Shown here piece by piece: positions 1 through 12,395 of a stretch of 64,000 nucleotides of DNA (its first letter is position 1; each line of letters begins with the position of its first letter). The DNA comes from Sminthopsis crassicaudata (lineage: Eukaryota). The position numbers and the translations under genes were made by a program. Below the pieces are notes generated by a model. The model had not been told where the DNA came from. It saw nothing but the letters and a program-made list of their open reading frames with translations, and ran no database searches. The stretch is taken from contig NC_133620.1 in the NCBI RefSeq assembly GCF_048593235.1, positions 52,888,852 to 52,952,851 of the forward strand, given 5' to 3'.

Positions 1-372
1 AGGCAAATTTGTGCTACAAGACTCTTTCAGAGAAAAAGAAATTGGGACTTGCAATCATAAAGCAAGTACAATAGTAGCTGTCATATAAACAGTGATATAT
101 GAGGTGTCCCAAAGTCAGTGCAATTTAAAGTGACTGAAGCTTGAAACTGCACTAAAACTTTTGGAATATCATGTAGATGTGTAGATATGTATATACATAT
201 GCATGTATATATGTACAAATAAATATTTGTATATAAAATATATGAAATAAAATAAATGCATGTAATATGATATGTTGTGTGATGTATTACATATAGAAAA
301 TAAAATATAAATATAATATTATTATATATGTGTGCACATACATATATTGATATGTCAGTCCTACTTACCTCC

Positions 373-490
373 ACTTGCCTCAGTTTCCTCTAAATTGAGC
401 TGGAGAAGGAAATGACAAACCATTCTAGTACTTTTGCCAAGAAAAACCCAAAAAAGGTCATGAAATCATACATGGCTGAATACGTAAAAA
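373..490 (+). mobile_element. MAR1-like core SINE, 3' part
   Basis: gcctcagtttcctc followed by the RTE-like tail gagctggagaaggaaatgacaaaccattctagtacttttgccaagaaaa. Confidence 0.65.
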
Positions 491-930
491 CAGCAAAGTT
501 TATATATTGTTCACTGACAGTATATGTATATATGTACATGTGTATTATATATATACTATGTGTATATGTTACATATGTGTATGCACATATTTGTATATGT
601 TTATATCTTATTTGGTCTTTGCCACTTTACAGAGGAAAAGGTCTAAATGGCATGCATTTAGTAGGTAGAATATAGGATTCAAATTCAAGCTTTTTCAATG
701 CCATATCTTCCAGTCTTAAACTACTGCTATTATAAAAACATCATAAAGGGTTTGCTCTTGTTAAGCTTTTTTACAGAATGGTGATGACTACAGAACAAAA
801 CACCATGCATTAAATTAGAAGCTGAAATCAACAGATGATCATCACTGTTCCATATTTTCATCTAATTAGAATTGTATGATGCTTATGTGGACAGTGATGG
901 TCCCCCCTTTTTTTCATATTTCAACAATAG

Positions 931-1098
931 GGGGCAGCTAGTTGGTGCAGTGGATAGAGCACCAGCCCTGAAGTCAGGAGAACCTGAGTTCAAATCTAAT
1001 CTCAGACACTTGACACTTCCCGGCTGTGTGATCCTGGGCAAGTCACTTAACCCCAATTGCCTCAGCAAAGAAAAAACAAAAACAAAAACAAACAAAAA
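931..1098 (+). mobile_element. WSINE1-like tRNA-derived SINE with A-rich tail and degenerate TSD
   Basis: ggggcagcta head; A-box TGGTGCAGTGG (943-953); B-box GTTCAAATC (988-996); core ctgggcaagtcacttaacccc; (A/C)-rich tail; flanks ttcatatttcaacaatag (913-930) and ttcatttccacaatag (1100-1115). Confidence 0.85.
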
Positions 1099-1234
1099 AT
1101 TCATTTCCACAATAGATTATAGACCTTCAAGAACATGAAAGTCAGAAAGCAAATGACTGCTTTATACAGGACGAGAGCTTCTAGTAAAATAATTTTGCAT
1201 AGGAGGATGGAAATCTAGAGCATCATCTTTTAGA

Positions 1235-1400
1235 ATTTAACTTACTATCCTTTCTATTATTGCAGAAGATATTGCCATCCTCCAATTCCCTTAGGTTTGC
1301 ATTTCAGGAGTTATCTTCAACTCCTTACCCTCTGCCACCCTTAATATTCAGTTATTTGCTAAGTAGCATCAATTCTACTTTCATAAAAATCTAGTCTGTG
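1235..1400 (+). mobile_element. L2 LINE fragment
   Basis: Resembles the L2 3' region (ggagttatcttcaactccttaccct...caattctactttcataaaaatct); heavily decayed. Confidence 0.5.
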
Positions 1401-1621
1401 GAAAAAATTCATTTTATTTCTATATTTCTTCTGAAGAGGTAAAAGTTGCTCTGAAGCATAATTTATTATTCTCATTCTTCTTTCCATCTCTCTTCAAGGG
1501 CATTAAGAAGTCAATGCCGATCTAGGATATGTGGAGAAGGGGGGAAAGCAACATTCCAATTACACTCCCCAAAATACATTAATCTCTATCTAGAAAGAAG
1601 TATCCCAATTTTATGGATGGG

Positions 1622-1626
<5 letters not shown>

Positions 1627-1712
<86 letters not shown>
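1627..1712 (+). repeat. (GA)43 perfect microsatellite
   Basis: Uninterrupted GA run read directly from the sequence. Confidence 0.99.
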
Positions 1713-1717
<5 letters not shown>

Positions 1718-1850
1718 TCATTCCTTAGATTCACAATGAGTTTCCAGATAACATGATCCAAGACGCTGGATCTCCTGATTCCCAATCCAGTTATTCATGA
1801 CTGCCCCATACACTTTCTCCTCCCATTCGCCATCCCACTAGTGTACTTAC

Positions 1851-2083
1851 CAGAGTCTGAAGCCACTGGGCTCACCAGGCTGAGCAGTTCTCGCTCCTTC
1901 TCATAGTCACCCTTACAGAGCAACTGTCCCTCTTTCAGAACAAACTCATCACCCTTTTGGAGTTGACGCTCACAGACGCAGCAGCAGAAGCAGCTCAGGT
2001 GGTAAACACTTTTCTGGGCCCTCATGACAAATTCATTAGGTGCAATGGCCTCAAAACAACCACCACATTTGACAGCAAACAAC
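1851..2083 (-). CDS. LMX1A: LMX1A internal coding exon (second LIM domain; partial CDS)
   Basis: After 1 nt that completes the previous codon, the minus strand reads [77 protein letters not shown](G), a full LIM Cys/His pattern. Acceptor is ...tttctccccttccAG|G at 2084/2083 and donor is TCTG|GTAAGT at 1851/1850; length 233 nt. [22 protein letters not shown] and [10 protein letters not shown] match LMX1A rather than LMX1B as I recall them. Confidence 0.97.
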
Positions 2084-2128
2084 CTGGAAGGGGAGAAACC
2101 AAAAGCCCTCAGATTGAGAGAACATTAG
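2084..2128 (-). promoter_or_regulatory. 3' splice site: polypyrimidine tract and candidate branch points
   Basis: Minus strand reads gCTAATgttctCTCAATctgagggcttttggtttctccccttccAG; YTNAY-like motifs at 2124-2128 and 2113-2118. Confidence 0.8.
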
Positions 2129-4589
2129 CTCTGGGACTTCTCCCCATAAGTCAGTCACAAGTAAAAAGTTCCTTTGGGGTTAGAAGGATCTGGGTGAACT
2201 TCCTGAAAATCCAGGTGACTCCTAGACATGGGGAAATTTAAAATCTATTTATTATATAACAATTATAGGAGTAATCTGAGGTTGTTAAATCAAATTGCAA
2301 TTGTAATTGGGGGTGGAGGGAAAAGTGATGAGTTCAAATTAATGGCCAGATTTAGGATGGTGTGTATTCAAACATTTTTTGAGAGGGATGAACTCCAATT
2401 TTTTTCAGCATCATAAATATTTCTTCCACTATTAAAGTAATTCAAGTCAATAACTTACATAAAATAGCACAGACTACAGCAAATATTGAAGGCCTTTCCA
2501 TTCTGGGCTGCATCTTGGATTCTGGCTAGGGGTTAGAGTGGATCAGAAGCAGCAGAGAGAAGAGGAAGGGTAAGAGAAATGAGGGAAGGAAGGAAGAGTT
2601 GAGCATGACAAAGACTTGTCACACACAAAGATTGTGTGTAGAATGAAAGAGAAGGAACAACCTAAAAATGAAAATGCTCTAATGCAGTTAATCTAACCTC
2701 AGCCTATCTTTCCATCTTTACCTTAAACTTTTAGACATGCCCCCCATTGTTGTAATTTATTTCCTGTTCCTGGAATAAGCCTTCCACCTCCATTAGCTCT
2801 ATATACTTTAGTTTATATAGAATTGTCAGCATGTTGTTTCTCCAATTAGATTGTAAGCTCCTGGAACATAGTAGCTCCTTAATATACTTACTAATAGAAT
2901 CATTCATTCATTAAACAAGCATTTATTAAATGATGAGCATTTTGTTAAGCATTATACAAAGTCAACAAACACATAGAAAGCTCTCACAAAATCCAACAAC
3001 AGGGACATAAAACTCACATACTCAAATAACTAATATAAGTTCCTATTTTTGAATCTCTCAAGCCTTCAACCTAGAACATCTCCACCTTTCCTCTTTTTCT
3101 GTTTAACTCCTATTCATCCTTTAAGATTCAAAGCAATCCTTACTTCGTCAATAAATTTTTCCAGATCATACCAGTCTGAATTGATTTTCCTTATTCTGAT
3201 TTCTTACACCATTTATTGTCTGTGCCAGTCATTATTAAATTAATTATAGATTACATTAAGCACCACCTGTGATTGTGGTGAAAGAAATACCTATAATGGT
3301 ATAGACCACACAATTAGGAGCCCAATAAATAATCTACCATACCCCTGTCTTCTCTGAAACTCATAGAATAGACAGGGATTATGGCAAATTATTTCTGACT
3401 TCTCATCTTGTCTTATAGAAGGATGAATGACTATCAAAAATCTCTGTTTTTAGACACAGATGCTGCAGCAATCGGATATGTTTGGAAAATGCATTTGAAG
3501 CAAAGAAGATGCCCTCATCTCACTCTATATACTGGGTATGAGATAAAGCAGGCTCACCTAGTTAGTAAATACATGAAACTCTATTTGAGTTCCAGCTTTC
3601 TTCACCCTGAATCCAATGCTCTAAATGTAGAAACCGTGCAGAGTTGTGCTTCTTTTTTTCCCCTAAAGCCTCTTCTTACTCTAAAAATCTGATTTTCTGA
3701 TTCTGAATTCATTAAATATTGAGAAGATAGAGTTACAGAGTGATTAGAGAGAGATGGATTTCATCTGGGAAACTTTCCAAAGAAGGGGTATTCTAAGAGC
3801 AGAGGAAGAAGGATAAAGAAGAATTGGTAATAAAGCAACAGAGAGAAGGAAGAAATGTAGTCCAGGGGAGCAGAATGGTAGGGGAGCAAAGGGAAGCCTC
3901 CCAGAACTACCCACTAAGAATAATTCACCCCAACAGAGGCCAGGCTACAAGAAGCATCACTCCACTTGTCAGTGAATTCAAAGCAGTTCAAGGATAGAAA
4001 TTAAGAGCTCTCCAAATTCTTATCTCCTCCTTGGGCTCACATAGGACTTCCTGGACCCTCCTTCATATATAACTAGAAACCATACTTAAGGCTGCAGAGA
4101 AATATCTCTACACACCAACCATAACCCTTTCCCCTCATCCCAGAAGGAAAGAGGACAGCTAGGAATCAGGGATAGTAGAGGTAGCAGTGAAGAATTTCCT
4201 TTGCTAATATGTGGGTAGGTTTAGGGGCCCCACTTCTATCAAACAGCTTCAAATTTTAAACACTTTTCTCACAACAAACTTGTGATCTGAGTGATTATTA
4301 TCTACAAATTACAGATGAGGAAAGAGATTCAGAGTTCTAGCTACAGTCACACATCTCAAAAGTATTTGATCTGCCATTTGAACTGGCCTCTCCATATGCC
4401 AAGTTCAACATTTCTCCTCCTATAGCAACTCTCATCATCTCTTGTGGCTTTCCTTCTTCCCCTTCCTTTGACAGAGGGGTAGTCAGGCTAAGTGTGAGTT
4501 TCTTCATTGTGTCTTGGTACACCAGACCCCTGAGCATTTTCTTCTATCTCCCCAACCCAAAAGTATATATTCTGTATTGGACCAGTGCA

Positions 4590-4937
4590 CATACATATAC
4601 AGAAAAAGAGAGAGATAGAAATATAAACTGAAACAGAGATACAGAGACAGAGAAAAAGAGAAAGACAAACACACACAGAGAAAGAGTGAGGAGGGAGGAA
4701 GAAAGTGAGAGACAGAGAGATAGAGAGGGAAAGGGAGTGAGACACAGAAAGGGAAAAAGAGAGATGGAGACAGAGAAAGACATACAGAAAAATGGAAATA
4801 CAGAGCGACAGAGACAGAAAGAAATATAAAAAGAGAAAGATAAACAAAGACAAAGAGAAACAGAGAAAGAATGACAGTGAGGGACAAACAGGCAGAGAGG
4901 GAGAGAGAGATAGAGACACACACAGAGAAACTCACAG
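4590..4937 (+). repeat. Degenerate AGAGAC/ACAG purine-rich low-complexity block running into an assembly gap
   Basis: Repeated agagac, acagag and gagaaa units; N-gap at 4938-5071. Confidence 0.9.
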
Positions 4938-6216
4938 NNNNNNNNNNNNNNNNNNNNNNNNNNNNNNNNNNNNNNNNNNNNNNNNNNNNNNNNNNNNNNN
5001 NNNNNNNNNNNNNNNNNNNNNNNNNNNNNNNNNNNNNNNNNNNNNNNNNNNNNNNNNNNNNNNNNNNNNNNGATTGCATTTGCTGTTTGCTAACCTGAGC
5101 AAACTAATCAAGACCCTTCCAGGAGACGACCAAAGTCCCTTTGTCCCTGGGCCCTCCTTCTCCTCCCCTTCCCCTGGAATGAACTGTGAAACAGACTCAG
5201 GACAAACGCTCCCAGAGAGTCAACAAGCATTTGAGAATCGACAGCAGCAGGTGGGAGCATCTGTGCTTGTCCAACTTCAAGCCTGTTAATCTCCTCCTCC
5301 CCCTTCACCAACCCCCATGCCTATGACTTCCCCCAAGCTGGAGAGGAGGATTTGAATAGGGGTAGCCCAACAAAGAACATGCCATGTTGACTCAAGAGTG
5401 ACAGGAGGAAGTGTCAGAAGGGACCTAAGTCATGTCCTGAAATAGTAGCGACAGGAGCAGAGATTACTGACTTAGGAGGGACCATTTCACTCTCTCTAGG
5501 GCCCTCCTTGAGAAACTGGAGCCATCAACTTCTCCTTTCTGTGTCCAGACCAAGCCCACAGACAATTTACCTTTCTACCACCAGAAACTACCAACCCCAT
5601 TATTGATCCAAGGAGGGAAGGAACATGCATTTCAACACCTGTTTGCCAGATGTGTACACAGCTGTATGGGTACCAGTGTGGATCCAGCTGCTGAATACAT
5701 GCCTCCCACCAGTTGTTTTCTCTAAGGCTCAGCCAAGCAGAGGAAAGGATTTGTTCAAAAGTCCAAGTCGTAATTAAAACACAGCCTGTCTTTTCGTGCT
5801 GCCCTGAGTGGTTTCCTCCACGGTAACTTCCCCCTTTGAATGTTAATGAAACCTCACTGAGGGGACAGAGCCTGGCAGACTGGCAGTGCCTTAAAAAGTC
5901 AAACAGGGCTTACCAATATTCTCAGCTCCTTCAGAGGAGCAAGAAGCTCTGCCTTTAGCCCTAGAATTTCTCCTACTCCCAATTGTTTTGCAAGGGATTC
6001 CCTTCCTGTTTTCTATGCCAGGGACTTCTTCAAGCCAAAGAAGTGGGCAATGGCTGTCATTTCTTCCAAATCCCAATCTGCATAGGTATGAGTGATCACC
6101 ATGATTGTGAGCATCCTGTAGCTCAAAGTGTACTAGGCTTTGAATAACAAGAATCAATTTACAATCCCAGCTCTGCCATGATTCAGGAGAATAGCCTTAG
6201 ACAAGTCATGCTATTT

Positions 6217-6430
6217 CAAAGGTCCTTAAACTGGGCTCTACTCTAGAGAGTCCTTGGATAGATTTCAGGAAGCTTCAGATAAGAAAAATATTATATTTTT
6301 ATTTCCAATAACCTTTTACTGAAATGTAACATTTCCTTCAATGATTTAAAATATTATTCCAAGGAGTTCATTGGTTTCACCAGACTGCCAGAGGGATCCA
6401 TGACACAAAAGAAAGTGGCAAACTCCTATC
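6217..6430. mobile_element. Non-autonomous hAT/Charlie-like DNA transposon (MITE), decayed
   Basis: Ends caaaggtccttaaactggg and gtggcaaactccta; internal ttcaccagactgccagagggatccatgacacaaaa matches a recalled MER5-like MITE. Confidence 0.6.
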
Positions 6431-6550
6431 TAAAGGACTGTTTTGTTACCAGTAAGATGAGTAAGATGAGGAACCAGATAAATTCTAAGCTCCCTTTCAG
6501 ATCTAACATTGTATGTATTTTGGGAAGAAAATGAAACAATCACCCCATTA

Positions 6551-7566
6551 CTGTGGAGTAGCCCTCTAGAATAGATATCATGCTCCTTAAACCAGAAACT
6601 ATGGTTTAGATTAGCTCAATGGAATTCATCAGACTTGTGTAACATAGGTAGATTGACCCATAAGAGCCAGTACATGAAGCATGTGCATATATATATATAT
6701 ATATTCTCTTTTAACTTCTAGTCCAATGACAGAAATACTTGATGGCATGGTTTCTGGTTAGGAATGACTAAGAATCAGTCCTGTGTGATCAGATGTCTCT
6801 GATTGGCTGTAGAATCAATTATGCAGACGTCTTTGAGCTAAGACTGGGTATAAATGCAGAAGATGTATGACTATGTCTTTCACCATTTCCTTTCAAGGTA
6901 GCACAGTTTTGAGCTCTCAGGGGAAGAGGAACAGCTGTCAACTTCTCCTAACTGCTCACTAGATGTGCTTGGGTACATGCCTCTACTGATACTTTTGTGT
7001 TTATACTTTTTCTGATCTAGGCAAATATATATTCCAAAAAGAAAATGGCAAACTGGCCACTTCAGGAGATCCTGAGGTCTTATCAGAATCAAGAACAGAA
7101 ATCATTGGGCCTATTGACAGTAGTCTTAGGAGTCAAGAGAACGATAAAGAACCAACCTAGAGAAGCATATGTCCAGCCTGAAATCTCATTGGGCACAGCA
7201 AGGTCTGGAGAGATTATAGGGTACCATCTGAAAAACATAGCCTCATAAGCTGATATGCTCAGCCCAGCAGTGGTTGACTGCTCAGCAGAGAGTTTAATTT
7301 AAGTGGGTAATTGTCTAAGGGCTCCCTGAAAGGACAAAAGACCTTCTGTGGCCATAAGTTGGATAATGTCCCTAGGTCACACCTGGCCTCTGTTCCAGAG
7401 GTATAAAACTGAAATAGAAAGAGATCCCTGGAGGATCCACATCTTGACTTAGGAAACCATAAATTTACATTATTTACATCATGTCTTACTTCTATTAATT
7501 TTCTTAATCATTTCTCAATTGCATTTTAATCTGGTTCAGGCTGCAATCTAAATTTTGTGGACAACA
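6551..7566 (+). mobile_element. Putative solo-LTR remnant(s), possibly two in tandem
   Basis: Starts TG(tggag); ctgATTGGctg (~6801-6810) lies about 40 nt before ggTATAAAtg (~6847-6856); second TATAAAA at ~7402; ends ...gtggacaaCA. No TSD confirmed. Confidence 0.4.
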
Positions 7567-7699
7567 ACTGATGAGTTTGACAGCTCTGCTCTACACATAT
7601 GCCTCAACACCAGTGTGCCTTAAATTTGAGCTTCTCTAAGGGAACTTGTATGTGCAAGTTGAAAGTATATCCTAATTTGGGGAGAATGAAGATTAGTAC

Positions 7700-7900
7700 C
7701 AATAATAAGAATTTATATAGCGCTTTAAGATTTACAAGAAATGTAAATTTCATTTCATTTGATTCTCATAATTACCCTGTGAGATATTGTTTCCATTTCA
7801 TAAATGAGGAAATCAAGTCTGAGAGATTAAATGACTGACCTAGAATTACAAAGCCAAGGCAATGTCTCCAAGATTAGCACTTTAACTACCACGTAATCTA
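7700..7900 (-). mobile_element. MIR SINE
   Basis: agcgctttaagatttacaag...ttgattctcataattaccctgtgag...catttcataaatgaggaaatcaagtctgagagattaaatgactgacc is the MIR core on the reverse strand. Confidence 0.75.
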
Positions 7901-10445
7901 GCTGTCTTGATATTTTTCAATGTTTCACACCAATTGTTCATTCTGTACCTTCTCAATAAATCTCTCTCTAAAAGTAATAGAGTTCAACTGATTGATTGAT
8001 AATGGGGAATACATTGATGAAGGATCTAGATCATAAATTATACAAAGTTGGAAAGGGAGGGGGGAAGATCTTCAAAAAAAAAGTTGTACTAAATTCAAAC
8101 TCTATGAAGACATGGACTTTATCATTCTTTTTTCAAATATGTATCTCCAGTCCCTATCACAATGTTTCACATTAATAAGCACTTGTATATGTTGACTTTA
8201 GTTGCTTAGGAATCAAAAGATCAGAATTCCAAGTCTTGCTCTTCTACCAACATTGTGTGACTTTAGGCAAGCTATTCCTCCTATCTGAGACTCAGTTTGC
8301 TTATCTAAAAAAAAAATTAAGAAATTGAACAATCCGAACACATGTTTCTCCCAGCATTAACATTTTATGATTCAAAGATGTTAGAATTTTAAGGTGAGGG
8401 AGGGTTGTCTTGATTAGCCACCAAATTGTTTCCACCCTCTCCACTAGGGGACAGTATGACAACACTCATTCACTCAATATCCAACTGTTCTTGACAGCTA
8501 AGGTCATCCAGTCACATCAAGTACTGGCTATAGGCCAAAGCTGTCGATCAGAGAAATCTGCTGCTGGGAGTCTGAGAGTCCACATAGTTACTGCACGTGG
8601 AGGAGAAAGGGCAGGACAAGAAGACACAAAAGACTCAGGGCCACTGAAACCATCACTTCTGGTCATAGACATCATCCAAGTTTTTCTGCTCTCATAAGGT
8701 CCTTGTCCTTGAGGCTGAGCCAACACTATCATAATAAACAACTCATGCGTTCAGTACGAAAAGTGGTGGGAAAGTCTGTAGGGACAATAGAAAGGGCAGT
8801 ATCTTCTATGGCAGGCAGAGCTTCATGCCTCCATAATGGTGAGAAAATGGAGAACAATAGATGGCTGGCACAGCCAGTCAGAAAATCCTATCTCCTGTGG
8901 ATCCTGGTGAACTGTATACAAGCAAGGATATACAATAGGATTGAAGGAATGGGTGACAGATCTGGTTTGCATAATGCCTGCATGTCTGTCCCTGTACTAG
9001 TCGTTTTGTAAACATTAAACCTTACTCATGAGGAAAGTGATGAATTTCACCCATTAGCCAACAAAACTAAAGCCATAATTTTTAGCAAGTGCATTTGAAG
9101 TAAATTGTAGCCAGTTTGTTTTCAAGTAGTTGGCTGGTTTGTTCTTTCTTTAAGAACATTGATTTTCATTTTATATTCTCATATACAAAACTTTATGATA
9201 ATTCATAATGTTAAAGAAAATATGCTCATTTAAAAACTCTTATAATATATATATTTTTAATTTCAGCAGGCTAAATGATAATATTAACTTCAGTTGAATA
9301 TTTATCGCTTTTTTGGTATTAATTTTAGTCAATATTACCTCTTTCACAGTTTAACAAAGGAAATTTGAAATGTTGAGATGCTTCAACTCAAACAGAAAGA
9401 CCCCCCTTTCATTTGGGCAATTATATCTATAGTCCAAAGCAAAGAAAATGTTGATCTTAGTCAGCTAATGCTGGCATTATCCACATTCACTGCTAAAAGT
9501 CTAATATATATTCAGAAAATCAGATAGTATCCTGTTCATGTCAATAGTCACTAACTTATTCCAATATTATCCGGTAAATACATCATTTTCACATGTGATT
9601 CAGAATTCTATAATGAGAAAAAATATATATACAGAAAATGACACTGACAGAGTTGCCCAGCAGTCCTGCCTCTCAAGTCCATTGCTCTTTTCATGTCATT
9701 TTTAATAAGCTGTTTAATACTTAGTAAGCTGACCACTATCAATAAGGTAGGAGCTTTGGATTCTTTCTCTTGATATCTAGATAAACAAATCAGTAACAAG
9801 ATGGTGAACTGAAGTTCAGTTAATAGCCATAGACTATAGAAACATATAGAGGCAACTGGTCTACACAAAGGTGAAAATCTCTGACTTTAATATCATGTTC
9901 AAACCCAAAGGAACTAATAAAGCAATTGTGTCTATGTTTGTGCTCATGTGCATATGTATGCATACACCACTCCTGTTCTTCCTAGATAGGATCTCTTATT
10001 TTTTTTCCTATACCTCTCCTCTGCCAACATCCAGAAAACTGCCTATTACAAAGTTCAAAGATTTTAAGAATTCCAGGAAACCCTGGATTCCAATGGCCCA
10101 TGGTTGAGATGACACAACATATAATATAGTCTTTCCCTACTGTCACACAAACATACCAAAAACTGGTATGAAACATAAAACAGACATACGGAAAGTATAT
10201 TTCTTTTTAGGGGGCTAAAAATTTGATTTCCTTTGAAAATGTCAGTTTTCCTTTTTCCTTTCATCATTATTATCCTCTTGGGACCCTCCTAACCATACCC
10301 AGCAAACAAGAGAGCAGGGGGGAATAGGGTATTTTTAGCGGATATTCTGGGCACCGATTCCTTTTGTTCCATAATTTTTGGTTTGACTGGATGGCAAGTG
10401 GCCAATACAATGTATACTCTTACAAAGAATTTATGTTTTGGTGGG

Positions 10446-10448
<3 letters not shown>

Positions 10449-10498
<50 letters not shown>
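10449..10498 (+). repeat. (TG)~25 microsatellite
   Basis: Direct reading. Confidence 0.98.
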
Positions 10499-10502
<4 letters not shown>

Positions 10503-10979
10503 CCTGGGAAGACAAGAGTATTACAGCATTTTTTATGAGAAAGCTCTTGGGACCCCTTGAGGGAGCATCACTAGGTTCCCATGTCATCCCATCATTTCTC
10601 ATTATTGTTATTGTGTGGTAGGTCAATAACATGCTGTTGTCATAACTTCTGATACTAAAAACAGCCTGATTCTCCCATTATAGGAACCTCTGAAATTTAA
10701 GAAAGGAGAAAATCCCCCATTAATTACTCCAGTAGATGGAAGGGGTTAAATTCTTGCACCAAGAAGTAAAGACCTTCACAAGAGCTTCCTTGGGGAAGGT
10801 TTATAACTCCTTGGCATCTGGTTTTTAGAAGAGAAGATAGGGGTAAATATTTTGAATTACTGAAATGCTTGAAATTTAAGGAAATGGAAACTCTTGAAGT
10901 ATCAGTAATAATGATGATAATAATAACTGACATTTCTGTAGTTATATTTATAGTAATATATTTATAGAGAATTATGACA

Positions 10980-11140
10980 TCCCTTTGAAGTAGTTGCAGC
11001 AGGTATTGTTACCCCATTTTACAAGTGGTAAAACTGAGTTTACCAAGGATCGACATGCCTTGTACTATATCTCAGAATGAGTCAGTAGTGAAACTGCACT
11101 TAGAACCCAGATTCCCTGAATGAAAGTCTAGGACTACTTC
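10980..11140 (-). mobile_element. MIR SINE
   Basis: ccctttgaagtag...ccccattttacaagtggtaaaactgag...agaacccagattccctga. Confidence 0.7.
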
Positions 11141-12084
11141 CCATTTAGCAGTGGGACTGTCACTATCATGGGTTAGATTTAAGATTTCTAGACATCTTTA
11201 TTTAAATCAGGGCACAAGCTGAAGTGATCAATTTTTGGTAATATCCTCAGATCCTTCCTCCATTCCATGATGTCCCCAACCAAGTAACAATGATTGTTAT
11301 CATGATATTTGTTTTTTTTTTTTTTTACAAAATCCTTTGCATGAGCTAACTCAAGTATTCACCATTACATTACTGTCCTGGCTTGAGAGATTTGGGAATT
11401 AGCAAAGAAAGAAGCTGAAGGGAAAAAACTCTTTAGATGAATGAATGGATGAATGAAAACATTAAGCATTAACTATATGCAAAGATTCACCTTAGTACTT
11501 GCATTCCTAGTGCCTACCATAGGGTACTTAAAATTGTAAATACTTAACAAATACACACTAAATTTGAATTCTAGTTGACCAGTTGGCTCTGGAAATAGAA
11601 GGTACCTGATACTTCCACAATACAACCTCTTAACTCCAGGTAGAGGCATAGAATCTAGAACTAGAAAGAACCCTGGAAGTCATTAATTCAACCCCATTCT
11701 TTTATAATAGAGGAAATAGAGAAACAGAAAAGTGAATATAGCTTGCATAGAATTTAAGCATACCTAACTAATTAGTAATAGCACCTGGGTTTGAATCCAG
11801 TTTTTCTGTTTTCAAATCTAATGCTGTTTCCCGGTACAAAAATCCAGTCATTAATTTAGCTTTGTAAGGTAATAGACACTTAGACCTGGTGGAAGGGATA
11901 AAGGGGGCTTCTTGTGCAAAAGGCATGACAAAATGTTCTAATAATGTCTAACAGGACAGTAAGCATTTATTAAGTGATTACTATATGGTAGTCACTGGAG
12001 TAAGCATTGGGGATACAAAGAAAAGAAAAAGAAAACCCCTGCCATCAAAAAATTGTAATTGTTACTCAGAAAGACAACATATAA

Positions 12085-12395
12085 AAGGGAACTGAAGAGA
12101 GAAAAGGGAGAGAGGCAGAAAGAAAGAAGGAAGGAAGAAGATAGNNNNNNNNNNNNNNNNNNNNNNNNNNNNNNNNNNNNNNNNNNNNNNNNNNNNNNNN
12201 NNNNNNNNNNNNNNNNNNNNNNNNNNNNNNNNNNNNNNNNNNNNNNNNNNNNNNNNNNNNNNNNNNNNNNNNNNNNNNNNNNNNNNNNNNNNNNNNNNNN
12301 NNNNNNNNNNNNNNNNNNNNNNNNNNNNNNNNNNNNNNNNNNNNNNNAAGAAAGAAGAGGAGAGAAGAGAGGAGAGGAGAGGAGAGGAAAGAAAG
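12085..12395 (+). repeat. Polypurine (AGAGG/AAGG) low-complexity block spanning an assembly gap
   Basis: GA-only flanks on both sides of the N-gap at 12145-12347. Confidence 0.85.

Larger units (their letters stand above)
1..1850 (-). other. LMX1A: LMX1A intron downstream of the LIM2 exon (partial)
   Basis: Starts with GTAAGT (plus strand acttac, 1845-1850). No homeodomain-coding exon is seen in 1-1850. Confidence 0.85.

Noticed and set aside
931-1000. tRNA gene
   Set aside because: The A and B boxes belong to a tRNA-derived SINE head; there is no cloverleaf or T-run terminator.
883-1138. ORFs shared with 15957-16160 and 57363-57674 (LGLSDLPRVTQLGSVKCLR...)
   Set aside because: The similarity comes from WSINE1 copies, not from a protein family.
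1795-2082. 95-aa ORF treated as a complete gene
   Set aside because: It is the LMX1A exon read past the GTAAGT donor; its TTG start is an internal Leu and the tail (KYTSGMANG...) is intron.
1851-2083. Assignment to LMX1B
   Set aside because: The diagnostic residues fit LMX1A; as recalled, LMX1B reads [22 protein letters not shown] and QLRKG...EKDLLSSVSP.
4488-5289. Long S/L/C/F-rich or R/E/K-rich ORFs
   Set aside because: They are translations of GA/TC low-complexity DNA and N-gaps.
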